From Spirochaetia bacterium (lineage in GTDB: Bacteria > Spirochaetota > Spirochaetia > DSM-16054 > Sediminispirochaetaceae), in assembly GCA_034520965.1 (NCBI GenBank), contig JAXHMY010000003.1, forward strand, positions 480,001-544,000: a stretch of 64,000 bases of DNA, given 5' to 3'. The notes beneath the pieces are model-generated. The model did no database searches and was not told the origin of the DNA. It saw only the letters and a program-made list of their open reading frames with translations. Below are positions 9,646 to 19,642 of this stretch, in pieces. Made by a program: the position numbers and the translations under genes. Position 1 is the stretch's first letter. Each line of letters starts with the position of its first letter.

Positions 9646-10733
9646 ACAAAACTCCTGCCCGTCCGGCTGCGAATTAAAACCCATACTACCACCGGCACTC
9701 CCAAAAGGGCGGTAACCGAATTAAGGGGTAGGATTCCACCTTGTCCCGGCAGGTGGCTCACAATATCTGCTGTAAGTGCAGTAGCTCCGCCTAACAGCAG
9801 AGATGCCGGGACTAGGGTTCGATGGTCGGCAGTCCGGAAAATACCACGTGCCAAATGCGGCACCGCCACTCCCACAAACGTGACCGGCCCGCAGAATGCA
9901 GTCACTACCCCCGCCAAGAGAGCACCGACCATTATCACGGTCATCCTCACTCGAATAAGTGCCACTCCCATGCTGCGAGCGTATTCTTCACCCAATAACA
10001 GAGCATTTAAAGGTTTAATAAGTAGGATTCCAAGAAGTATTGCGGCTCCAATAACCGGCATCATAATATAGATATCCTTCCAGGTAGTGGCACCGAAACT
10101 TCCAAAGGTCCACTGCAGATAAGCCTGCACCCGGCCGGCCGCCGAAAAATGGATCAGCAGAGTAACCAGCGAGTTGGCCAGATAACCGAACATCAAACCC
10201 ACCAGCAACAAAAGTGTCACCGAACCGATGAATCGGGAGACAAGCAGCACGACACCCAGCACGGCTCCCGCACCAACGACAGCCGCTCCAGTTACCAGTG
10301 CCTTCATTCCAAAGGGCAAGGCAGCCACAAATCCTCCGGCAGCCCCTCCTAAAACCAATACAACGAGGGCCACTCCGAGGTTGGCCCCCGCATTGATCCC
10401 CAGTACAGAAGGTCCGGCCAGGGGATTGCGGAACAGGGTTTGCATGAATAATCCGCTCAAGGCCAAACCCATCCCCGCCAGCAAGGCTGTTACAGCCCGG
10501 GGCAGGCGGAACAGCAAAATAATATCCCGCTGTCCTGTCTGCTCAAGGCCTAACCCGCTCGTCTCCGACAACCAATCTGCGGGGCTGAATAGAATCCCCA
10601 GCACCCTCTCTAAGGGAATATCTACCGACCCCTTGAATACATCCAGGGCGAATAAAAAGAAGGCTGCCCCCAGAATTAAGAGGAAGCGAAGAATGATACC
10701 GGTTTTGGAGTGCTTCTGGAGACCTTGCTTCAT
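9642..10733 (-). CDS. FecCD/BtuC-family ABC permease
   Basis: FRLPRAVTALLAG, QTLFRNPLAGPSVLGI, FVGVAVPHLAR. Confidence 0.92.
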   Translation of the reverse strand: MKQGLQKHSKTGIILRFLLILGAAFFLFALDVFKGSVDIPLERVLGILFSPADWLSETSGLGLEQTGQRDIILLFRLPRAVTALLAGMGLALSGLFMQTLFRNPLAGPSVLGINAGANLGVALVVLVLGGAAGGFVAALPFGMKALVTGAAVVGAGAVLGVVLLVSRFIGSVTLLLLVGLMFGYLANSLVTLLIHFSAAGRVQAYLQWTFGSFGATTWKDIYIMMPVIGAAILLGILLIKPLNALLLGEEYARSMGVALIRVRMTVIMVGALLAGVVTAFCGPVTFVGVAVPHLARGIFRTADHRTLVPASLLLGGATALTADIVSHLPGQGGILPLNSVTALLGVPVVVWVLIRSRTGRSFV

Positions 10734-10739
10734 AACTGG

Positions 10740-11921
10740 TTACTCTAAAAATCGGTAGTAATGCAGAGAGTGCCCGGGCAGCAGGGATGGATGAAACAGG
10801 GAGATGAGATCAGCTAAAATGAGATCAGGCTGGTACGGCCCGCTTTCATAAAAGTCGTTGCTGCCGGCTTCAGTGGTCCGTGCATCATTGTTAATTACTT
10901 GTTTAGATTGAAATGCTTTTAACCTTCGCAGCCGCGAATCTGCTTGTGACAACTCTTGAAGACTCGTAATTCCGTATTGATGCAGCCACAGGTCAGCTAG
11001 ACGGGCTTTCATAAACCCCGCCTCAGCATCAAGCACTAAACTGCTGGAGTGAGAGTCACTCGACCACAGATAGTCTCCGCCGGCATCTTCTATAAACTGC
11101 GCCATATACCCCTCTCCCCCCGGTACAACCCATCGTCCGTTCATCGGTCTGTTCATAACAACCTTCGGCCGCTTGGTGTTTTCAGAAAGCTCAGCCTGTA
11201 CCATCTGCTGCAGTCCAGTGTATCTATCAGCCATCGAGTCGAAATGCTCCTCGGCCTCTTCGCCCTTCCCACACAGGAGCCCGATAAACTTAATCCATTC
11301 TGCGCGACCTAAAGGAGTAGTTTCCAGGTAGTCACCGTTAAGGACCACCGGGATAGATGCATCTTTTAATTTGGGAACTACATTCCACTCCCCCTGGGTA
11401 ATATTGGCCATTACCACCGCGGGCTGAAGCTGCACAATCCGCTCCATATCTAGGGACGGCCCATTTCCAACCTGAGGAATACTGCGTTTATTGATAATAT
11501 CACGGAGTTTCTGACTGTAGATGTAATCCACCTTATCAACTCCGCTGAGCACATCATCAAGGTCCAACCACAGCAGCGGGGGCAGAAAAGTTGTAGAGAG
11601 GGGGATTAGTTGTGTTATGGGGGTTCTTATAATTTGGAGTTCCGACTCGTTCGCCTCAATTGAAAAACGTTCCCGGAGCTGGTCGGCGGTGAGGCCTTGA
11701 AACTTGTCTCGCCCTACAAGTGCATAGCTAATGGAATTATAACCTTCGGATTCCGGTGGGTGTACATTCAGCAGGATTAATCCAGGGCGCTCTTCAACTG
11801 AAAAACCCTCTGCATATTCTACCGAAAGTGCAGTCAGAGGCAGCAGATTCCCCACACTCAAAAGGAGAAAGCTGCTGCCTATTAGCACCTTTTTTAGTAA
11901 TTCACGAACTTTGAATAGCAT
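10740..11921 (-). CDS. Cobalamin/iron ABC substrate-binding protein (BtuF-like)
   Basis: Signal peptide, VEYAEGF, ETTPLGRAEWIKF, NDFYESGPYQPDLILADLI; GAGGAGG RBS before ATG 11921. Confidence 0.88.
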   Translation of the reverse strand: MLFKVRELLKKVLIGSSFLLLSVGNLLPLTALSVEYAEGFSVEERPGLILLNVHPPESEGYNSISYALVGRDKFQGLTADQLRERFSIEANESELQIIRTPITQLIPLSTTFLPPLLWLDLDDVLSGVDKVDYIYSQKLRDIINKRSIPQVGNGPSLDMERIVQLQPAVVMANITQGEWNVVPKLKDASIPVVLNGDYLETTPLGRAEWIKFIGLLCGKGEEAEEHFDSMADRYTGLQQMVQAELSENTKRPKVVMNRPMNGRWVVPGGEGYMAQFIEDAGGDYLWSSDSHSSSLVLDAEAGFMKARLADLWLHQYGITSLQELSQADSRLRRLKAFQSKQVINNDARTTEAGSNDFYESGPYQPDLILADLISLFHPSLLPGHSLHYYRFLE

Positions 11922-12043
11922 ACATTTTACTCCTCCTCGGGAAGAAAAGAAGTAATTGACAGAAAAGAAAGACTCTATATATCTGTAATCCGGTATAGGC
12001 ATTCTTTGCAAACCAACTTATCTCCCGAAGCTTGATTGCACAG

Positions 12044-12219
12044 ACAATGTACCAGAGTTTCCTGACTTAGGGCTTACTGTTTCGCCTTCCCGGATAAACC
12101 AGTGGCAGTATGAAACAGAATTTACCCAACACAGTGACGGGTTCGTGGGGGATTCACACCCCCTTCCACTGAAATACATTGCTAGCTATTTCAACAATAA
12201 CAAAAACTCTTTACATTGT
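12044..12219 (-). ncRNA. Cobalamin (B12) riboswitch
   Basis: Minus strand reads GGAAGGGGGTGTGAATCCCCCACGAACCCGTCACTGTG...GCCACTGG-TTTAT-CCGGGAAGGC...AAGTCAGGAAAC (B12-box-like); closing helix ACAATGTA/AGAGTTT pairs with AAACTCT/TACATTGT; upstream of a BtuFCD-like operon. Confidence 0.9.
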
Positions 12220-12313
12220 ACACATTCTATAGAGATTTTCAGTAAGAAAAGCTGTAAGAGAAGCTGAAATAAAGGCTGGCGAATTTTGAAAAAAGAGATT
12301 AAAGTGTATATAT

Positions 12314-12793
12314 ATGAAACAGTTAACCCTTTTAAGGCATGCAAGGGCAGAGCCAAATGCAAATGGTGTAGAAGATTTTCAGAGGCAGCTTATTGACACA
12401 GAAGCTACACGAATATTTGAAATAGCAAAACGTGCTATTGAGGCATGGGGAACGCCGGATATTGTTCTAAGCTCACCTGCGGTGAGAGCCGCATCAACTG
12501 CGAAGCTGTTTGCAAAAGAATTTGCTGAAACGAATAATATCAAGCTGTACGACCAACTATACGCAGCCGAAACCGACGACATCTTTGAAGTAGTGCGGGA
12601 AATTTCGGCGAAGGTCAATTATGCCTTGCTGGTGGGCCATAACCCTTCGCTCGAAGAGTTTGCCTTCTTACTGTTGAAAGAGCAGATACACCTCAAACCC
12701 GGTGAATGTATAAACTTTTCTATTGCTATTGACCGCTGGGAAGATTTTTCCATCACCAAAACGCCGCGCTATCAACAACTGATCATGCCCTGA
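12314..12793 (+). CDS. sixA: SixA-family histidine phosphatase
   Basis: LLRHARA (RH motif), SSPAVRAASTA, LLVGHNPSLE. Confidence 0.85.
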   Translation: MKQLTLLRHARAEPNANGVEDFQRQLIDTEATRIFEIAKRAIEAWGTPDIVLSSPAVRAASTAKLFAKEFAETNNIKLYDQLYAAETDDIFEVVREISAKVNYALLVGHNPSLEEFAFLLLKEQIHLKPGECINFSIAIDRWEDFSITKTPRYQQLIMP

Positions 12794-12804
12794 GCAGCAC
12801 TCGT

Positions 12805-13293
12805 TTATATATATCTGTTTTCGATTTCCGGAGTAATCTCTATATTTTCTGCGTTCATCATAGTGGCAATTCGCTGGATAGAAGAAAGTATAAGGTTCTG
12901 CTCCCAACCGCTCAACTCTTGAAACTTGCGGACAAACTCTTCCTGCAGCACCGACGGGTCGGTTTTGAGAATTTCCCTAGTTTTATCGGTTACCCGCACA
13001 ATGACACGCCGCTTGTCTTGAGTGCTTCGCTCACGGGTTACAAGGCTCCGTGTCTCTAGACGGTCGATAATGTTGGTGACGGTAGCCTGACTTAAACTCA
13101 CCTTCTTTGCCACCCGACCAATATTTATATCCTCGTCATTATTGATTTCTTTTAAAACCATGAGCTGCGGTGCGGTAAGTCCGTAGCGCTTGACGAGTTG
13201 CTTTGAGTGCATATCAATTGCACGTATAATTTGACGAAGTGTTACCAGCACATCATAGCTTATATCTCGTTTAGTATTCACTTTTTCCCCCAC
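12805..13293 (-). CDS. MarR-family regulator resembling EctR/CosR
   Basis: VLVTLRQIIRAIDMHSKQLVKRYGLTAPQL, LSQATVTNIIDRLE, RSTQDKRRV, ILSSIQRIATMM. Confidence 0.85.
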   Translation of the reverse strand: MGEKVNTKRDISYDVLVTLRQIIRAIDMHSKQLVKRYGLTAPQLMVLKEINNDEDINIGRVAKKVSLSQATVTNIIDRLETRSLVTRERSTQDKRRVIVRVTDKTREILKTDPSVLQEEFVRKFQELSGWEQNLILSSIQRIATMMNAENIEITPEIENRYI

Positions 13294-13687
13294 TCACGCA
13301 TCCCAGAGGCCTGTATCTATTTGTGCAGCCTCACTATACTTGTTGTATCTAATAATATTCTTTTACTTAGACATCTATTATTTATAGTACTTAATATTTT
13401 TTTATTAGTAAAGGCAAAAATATGCATATAACAACGATTTTATCAAAAATTTTATTTTAATATCACCATATAAACACACATTTCACTCTCATTCATAGAG
13501 TAATATATTATATAAGCCAAAAAGAATAGATAGTCAAGTTAACTTCTATTACGCATTATATTATAATTCTAATCATTACATCATTCTCTCTGTGTAGGAT
13601 TCACTAAAGCTCGGATTTTGTTTAGAATTGGATGGGTGAACTTTAAGATTATGTCGTCCGGTACCTTAGTAGTTTCTCTGATCGTAA

Positions 13688-14815
13688 TTGAAATTAACTT
13701 CTTCGAAGGAAAAAGATTTGATTGAGCTAAAAAACCTAAGCAAAAACTTTGATGAAAAGGTTGCCGTAAGAAACCTCAGCCTTAAAATGGAAGCTGGAAA
13801 AATTACTATGCTTATCGGACCTTCCGGCTGCGGAAAGACCACTACCCTAAAAATGATAAATCGTCTAATTGATTCTACTGAAGGTGATATCCTTATAGAC
13901 GACAAATCTATCTATGATCTTGATGCAGTTACTCTTCGTCGGAGTATTGGCTATGTAATACAAGAGACTGGATTGTTTCCCCATATGAATGTTTTTGACA
14001 ATATCGCCGTAGTTCCCAGGTTGCTGAAATGGAATGAACGTAAAATACAGGATCGAGTTGAAGAACTGCTGGATCTGGTTACCTTGGATACAAGTTACAT
14101 CCACAAGTACCCATTACAGCTCTCCGGCGGGGAAAGCCAACGGGTAGGTCTGGCACGTGCATTAGCAGCGGATCCGAAGATTCTGCTGATGGATGAGCCC
14201 TTTGGGGCAATCGATCCGATAAACCGGGCGAAACTGCATGAGTCATTTATCTCTATACAGGAGAAGCTCGGGAAAACTATTGTATTTGTTACTCACGATA
14301 TTAACGAGGCAATAAAGCTGGGTGACAAGCTTGCAATTTTGCATAACGGTGAATTGATACAGCATGATGATGTAACTAACATTCTATACGACCCTGAAAA
14401 TGAGTTTGTAAAGCAGCTGCTGGGCCATGACCGCAACATAAAAGCCCTGGTGCTGAAAAAAAACCGTGATTACATTGTGAATGAAGGGTTTCTAAAGGTA
14501 ACAAAATCCGACAAACGAGAAAAGATACAAGCTATAATTGAAAACGCCGAATCAAACCGGGCTATGGCAGTTGATAGGGAAGGATGTTTTAAGGGTATAT
14601 TTGTGCTTGAACTGAGTAAACGCACAGGTCATCCGCGACTCACCTTAATAGATGATGCCATTACCGTTGAGAAAAACAACAATCTACAGGAAACCCTGAG
14701 CCTTATGATTGAGGCTGGGGAAGCTCAACTGCCGGTGGTGGGCCCGCATAAGGAATTTCTAGGCGTGATAAACCTGGATGATATATTTAACGAGTTCCGC
14801 CAACAGGATCAATAG
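13688..14815 (+). CDS. Osmoprotectant (betaine/proline/choline) ABC transporter ATP-binding protein with CBS domains
   Basis: GPSGCGKTTTLKMINRLI, LRRSIGYVIQ, LSGGESQRVGLARALAADP, MDEPFGAIDP, C-terminal CBS-like region; TTG start uncertain. Confidence 0.88.
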   Translation: MKLTSSKEKDLIELKNLSKNFDEKVAVRNLSLKMEAGKITMLIGPSGCGKTTTLKMINRLIDSTEGDILIDDKSIYDLDAVTLRRSIGYVIQETGLFPHMNVFDNIAVVPRLLKWNERKIQDRVEELLDLVTLDTSYIHKYPLQLSGGESQRVGLARALAADPKILLMDEPFGAIDPINRAKLHESFISIQEKLGKTIVFVTHDINEAIKLGDKLAILHNGELIQHDDVTNILYDPENEFVKQLLGHDRNIKALVLKKNRDYIVNEGFLKVTKSDKREKIQAIIENAESNRAMAVDREGCFKGIFVLELSKRTGHPRLTLIDDAITVEKNNNLQETLSLMIEAGEAQLPVVGPHKEFLGVINLDDIFNEFRQQDQ

Positions 14816-14826
14816 GAGCCAGAACC

Positions 14827-15813
14827 TCACATCTCTATACCGCGGGTACGAAATCCATAGCCGATTACATCATGCACATCGTGCATTACCATAAACACTC
14901 CCGGATCTTCTTCCAGTACCAGGCGCTTTAACCGAGAGGTCTGACGGATATGAAAGGTAACGTACAAAATTGTCTTTGGTAGATGAGAGTAGGTACCCAT
15001 ACCCTGAAAATAGGTAGCCCCGCGGTCAAGTTCTGAATAGATCCGGTCTTTTATTCTTTCGGCAGCCTCATTGCTGGCTGGTATTATGTAGGCGGCCTTC
15101 ACCCGGCTCAGACCTTCGGTTACGATATCAACAAAGCGCGACGAGAGAAACAGAGCAAAATAGCTCCAGATTACAATATTTACATCCCGGAACATATAAC
15201 CGGTAAACAGAATTATTGCGGTTTCAACGATCAGATATCCATTACCCATCGAGATATTCATATGCTTCTTTAAAATCGCCACCGGCACATCGGTACCCCC
15301 GGTTGAGGCCCGGGCTTTGAAGATAAGTCCGATTCCCACTCCCACCAGCAGGGCTCCTGCAATAGCCGCCACAAAAATACTGTCGGTAAGGGCCCATTGA
15401 TTGAGCGGTTTGATGGAACCGTCGGGTAGAATATTGTACTTTTCAAACATCTCCCTCAAAAAGCCCCATTTGTACATACGCCGCGGCGAGAGCACATCAA
15501 CTGCCAGGGCGCTTGCAAAAAAACCTGCAAAAGTACCCATCCCAAACTGGCGCCCCACAAATATCATCCCCACAAACCACAGGGGAATATTCATTACAAT
15601 CATGCTGATACCAACGGGAAAGCCAAAGAAGTGAAACAGGATCTGGCTTAAGCCTCCTACCCCGCCGGGTGCAATTTTATACGGAACCAAAAACCAAGAA
15701 AGCCCCGCCCCGAAGGCCAAACTGCCCACAATAATTATAACGGCCTGCTTCAACAATTCCAGGGGTTCAATTTTTCCGATTTTCAGATGCCGCAACCGGG
15801 CCAAAAACTGCAT
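14827..15813 (-). CDS. YitT-family membrane protein (DUF161/DUF2179)
   Basis: IAPGGVGG, NIPL, ASTGGTD, LDRGAT...GMGTYS, DPGVFM, VIGYGF; start approximate. Confidence 0.85.
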   Translation of the reverse strand: MQFLARLRHLKIGKIEPLELLKQAVIIIVGSLAFGAGLSWFLVPYKIAPGGVGGLSQILFHFFGFPVGISMIVMNIPLWFVGMIFVGRQFGMGTFAGFFASALAVDVLSPRRMYKWGFLREMFEKYNILPDGSIKPLNQWALTDSIFVAAIAGALLVGVGIGLIFKARASTGGTDVPVAILKKHMNISMGNGYLIVETAIILFTGYMFRDVNIVIWSYFALFLSSRFVDIVTEGLSRVKAAYIIPASNEAAERIKDRIYSELDRGATYFQGMGTYSHLPKTILYVTFHIRQTSRLKRLVLEEDPGVFMVMHDVHDVIGYGFRTRGIEM

Positions 15814-15922
15814 GGGGAGGCTCCTTTCAACAAGCATAATAAACGATAATGTGTATGTGCGCTATACCATCAGGTTAGCACAACTGATATGGAAGGAGAA
15901 GTACTTTGTGAGATAGTTAGTT

Positions 15923-16887
15923 TTAATACTGTTCGTAGGTTATGGTTAAGTATTCATCTCCAAAATAAGGTGGATCTAAAGTGCTCTCACTTGCACCGGA
16001 CTCAACTGCAATTAATAAAGTGTCAGAACCATAAGCAATGGCGGTATCGACTGCTTCAGTAATATCGGCAGAACCGCTTCCGGCATCGCCGAATACAAAA
16101 TTACTACTATTATTGTAATCAACAAGTTGTAATGCGCGTATTATCATCTGCATGTTCTAAATATCTGTGATAATTATCGGATATGCAGTACCGCTATGTG
16201 TGCACTCGCCAGTTGAAACAGGCATATACTAGCATAGGCATTTGTGCACTGAACTCTATCAGGAAGTTCAAAACTGAACAATCAGATACCGTTCAGTGCC
16301 GACTGATCCGTCTATCTGATATGAATCTGCCAGGTGCTCCAGGGTAAGTCGTTATAGCAGGCCGTCACTTGACTCCATTGTGAATCCCTCACTTGGATAG
16401 AAAGGGCCGGCACGTGTAGAAACTACAAGATCTCTGCAGGATTTTTAATCTCAATTTTTTCATAAAGAGGAGCCAGCCACCGCATCCCCATCCTTGGATA
16501 CAAGGCAAACCACACTTCATCACCTTCTGAAAGCCCATCAATCTGTTTGGTATAAAGATATTTTCCGTCTTCAAATGAAAACCCAAAGCTTCCACCGGAA
16601 TCGGGTGGCATCGGTGTCGTTCTAATCGGTATCGCCTTCCCTATACTGTAAACAAGCATAGCCTCTTCAATAACATCTTCATCATCATAATTATTAAAAC
16701 GATCCCGCCACGGAAAACTGACTTTTACTGTATTCGAGGAAAGCTGAGCGGCAAACACACCATATATTTGTGTTTTCCAATCGTTTGGATTTTCTCTTCC
16801 ATGCATTGGTGATAGTAAAAAATTACATGCAGTGAAAAAAAGAACAATAACGGTTGCAGCGCTTAGGAATACCCACTTTCTCACCAT
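15923..16887 (-). CDS. Putative lipoprotein, frameshifted in this sequence (fragments 16423-16887 and 15923-16153)
   Basis: Lipobox LFFTA-C; protein-like coding continues in shifted frames between the two fragments; paralogous to the upstream gene. Confidence 0.6.
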
Positions 16888-17815
16888 TACCAATTCCTCG
16901 CTATTTCGATATTTATCGATCAGGAGTATCCGTTCAGCTAGTCGTTTATGTTCCTCTAGTCATCTTAAGTAAGATTCCATTATGATGATGATATTGAGAC
17001 TTTGCCAAAACCTTTGTTATATCGACTAATTGAGTACCAGTACCACCTGCAACCAGTGGGACCTCAATTCTTATACTTCGATCAACAGAAAACTCTGCCA
17101 GTCCAATTCCTTGATCAATTAAATTATCCGTATCCGCATCCTCGATGTAGCTACGTAAAGGGTATATAAATACGGTGTCATCAGCTGGAATACTAGTGAA
17201 TTCTAATACCAATTCTGCAGACATAATAACTTCATCTTCCCAGAAGTCTTGATAATAATAGAGATCCGCTTCATCCCCAGAAATCGTTCCAAGGCCAGTT
17301 CCGGGGGTTGCACGTGTCGAAATTACCGCAGAAATGCTATGTGAGGGAGAACTGCTCCACGCGTCATACTCAAACCCCTCCATATAGGTAGAGTTATACA
17401 TCGGCCCTACCCAGCGGCCGTCCTTTTCATGGGCATACAGGGCAAAGTAGTGTTCGCGGTCATTCTTCAAGTCTGAAAATGTCGCCGGCCACAAGGGGTT
17501 TGTGGCCGGATCCCAGTTTTTAATCTCGAAAGACTTGCCGCCCAGCCTACTGTCGGGATAGTTGCCGCGATTGTGTTTGATAACAATTTCATCATATACC
17601 GGTTCAAACCCGCGGATTACCCGTTCCAAATCATACCAGTCCCACATCACGCGAATTGTGCCGTCGTCGACAATACCGGCCCGTAACGGGCCAAAGGCCT
17701 GATTTGGGTCATCCGGGTGATGATTAAATGCCGGTAGCAGGACAAACGCATCACAGGCCGTGAAAAATGGAATCAATATACACAATGTAAGCGCTAATTT
17801 GAAAAAAGATTTCAT
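16887..17815 (-). CDS. Putative lipoprotein with FN3-like N-domain (C-terminus apparently frameshifted)
   Basis: Lipobox PFFTA-C; ORF track ends at 16946 but another frame reads ...INIEIARNW-stop with a TAATG overlap onto the next gene at 16887. Confidence 0.65.
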
Positions 17816-17817
17816 AG

Positions 17818-19518
17818 CTATCTTCTCACCTCGAACGAAACTGTAATGCCTCTTGGATCTGGAACAACTGCTACAGCAAATGGTGTACCCTCCCGGGCTT
17901 CCTCGACAACCTCACTATAAGCGCGGTCAGTAATGGCCTTTGTTGAAAGTACAGCGGCAGTGCTGTACATGGCCAGCGCACTGAGACCAGCAGTTAGAGC
18001 ATAGGTTTTGTACATCGGTGAAGGATCAGCCTCCGGATTTCCGAAGGGCGAATTGGCTGAAATGGAAGATTCAATCGCCTGGGTATACAAATTGAGTGCA
18101 ACTTGAGTTAACACAGTACCTGCACCGGAAAAAATATTGCTGAGGCCTAATTGAAAGCCGGCAGATTCGGAAAGCATAAGTTGTTCTTTTTCCCCGGGCC
18201 AAAAATAGGCAGCGGTAATCCCGATTGCCCCTAAAGTCTGTAATGAAAGTGCAGTGTATCTGGAAATTTCGTATATAAAGTGCATGTCGCGGTATTCATC
18301 GTATTTGTCTGTAATTTCATCCGGGCTGCCGTTTTCATTCATATAATTGTTATACAGCTCCATGCTGTAAAAGCCGATACCGCCTGAAACAAGCGAAGAG
18401 GCTCTCCCGGCTATATAAATATTATTAGAAATTGCCAGTAATCCGCGGGTACCTTTACGTATAAAAAGCACATCATCCCGCAAATTAAGGTAAGAATAAG
18501 CCAATGCTCCCGAGCCAAGACCGCCCAACACATAGCTTCCGATATTAAGGCCGGTATAGACTCCGTGAAAGTGGCGGTACTCATCATACGGGTTCATCCA
18601 CAGCACATCGTTCATGTATAGACTCCAAGATTTAAGGGCACGCATGTTGGTTTGAATAGCAGCATCGACGAGGGTGTTAGAAAGATACTGAAATCCATAT
18701 CCAGATAGCATCGAGTACTTCTGAATCTTCCGTGCCCGTGCTATACGCTGCTCTTCCTTCTCTTTATCGTACAGGTTTTGGATCTCCTCCTGGACAACTT
18801 CTTCACGGGCCTCATCTTTGGCCTGCTCTTTGGCTTTTGCGGCAACCGCCTTTTGAACTTTCTCCGGAAGGCGCCTAATGGCCTCTTCCGGATCTTCCTC
18901 CGCTATTTGCTCGAGGTCGGCCAGGTCCTCCCGCAGCTCCTCGTCTTCATCAGCCTCTTCTTCACGAATTTGCTGTACCCTTTCTTGCACAACTTTTGGA
19001 AATTCCGCTGATATCAGTTCGTCGGTAAATGCCCTCACAATCCGGTCTACATTCTCCAAACCAACAGCGGTCTTTTCGCCGCTGAGAACTCGCCGCTCTT
19101 GCTGGACATCAACGACTATCATTCTAAAGTGATAGTTAGACCCATCTTTGCTGATAGCACCGGCAGCCACATACCGCACCCCCTGCTGCGTGCCAAGCTC
19201 TATCAGTCTGGAGTTACGCTCCTGCGGGTCAAGTTCTTCAGAGAGTTCACCCTCACGACTGGTGATTACCATATCCTGTGCTAAAACTGAGGGCGACAAA
19301 GCTTCCGTTCGTGAAAAGTTTTGTTCAACCAGCTTAGTCATAAGCATCCCCGTGTAACGGGGCGCTCCTTGGGGTACTATCGGAACGACCATGATCGTTT
19401 CTGGTTTATTTTGTGCTTCCTTTGTCTGGGAAAACACCGATAGCGGGGCGCACAGCATGAGAATTGCTGCAATTATCAACTGGTATCGGCTGAGGGCCTC
19501 TCTGTTTCTACACCACAT
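17818..19518 (-). CDS. Exported protein: TolB-N/CsgG-like domain, acidic coiled coil and repeated hydrophobic segments
   Basis: Signal peptide; RYVAAGAISKDGSNYHFRMIVVDVQ; repeated YDEYR motif; terminal strand GITVSFEVRR. Confidence 0.6.
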   Translation of the reverse strand: MWCRNREALSRYQLIIAAILMLCAPLSVFSQTKEAQNKPETIMVVPIVPQGAPRYTGMLMTKLVEQNFSRTEALSPSVLAQDMVITSREGELSEELDPQERNSRLIELGTQQGVRYVAAGAISKDGSNYHFRMIVVDVQQERRVLSGEKTAVGLENVDRIVRAFTDELISAEFPKVVQERVQQIREEEADEDEELREDLADLEQIAEEDPEEAIRRLPEKVQKAVAAKAKEQAKDEAREEVVQEEIQNLYDKEKEEQRIARARKIQKYSMLSGYGFQYLSNTLVDAAIQTNMRALKSWSLYMNDVLWMNPYDEYRHFHGVYTGLNIGSYVLGGLGSGALAYSYLNLRDDVLFIRKGTRGLLAISNNIYIAGRASSLVSGGIGFYSMELYNNYMNENGSPDEITDKYDEYRDMHFIYEISRYTALSLQTLGAIGITAAYFWPGEKEQLMLSESAGFQLGLSNIFSGAGTVLTQVALNLYTQAIESSISANSPFGNPEADPSPMYKTYALTAGLSALAMYSTAAVLSTKAITDRAYSEVVEEAREGTPFAVAVVPDPRGITVSFEVRR

Positions 19519-19642
19519 TCCTTAGAAACTCCAAAAAATACAACACAGATTATTGCTTACATTATCGTCTGTTCTACAAAATTTTACAATTGATTTAATC
19601 TGTTTATCCGTATTTGAAGCTTATGGAGCTCTTCTCCGTATC

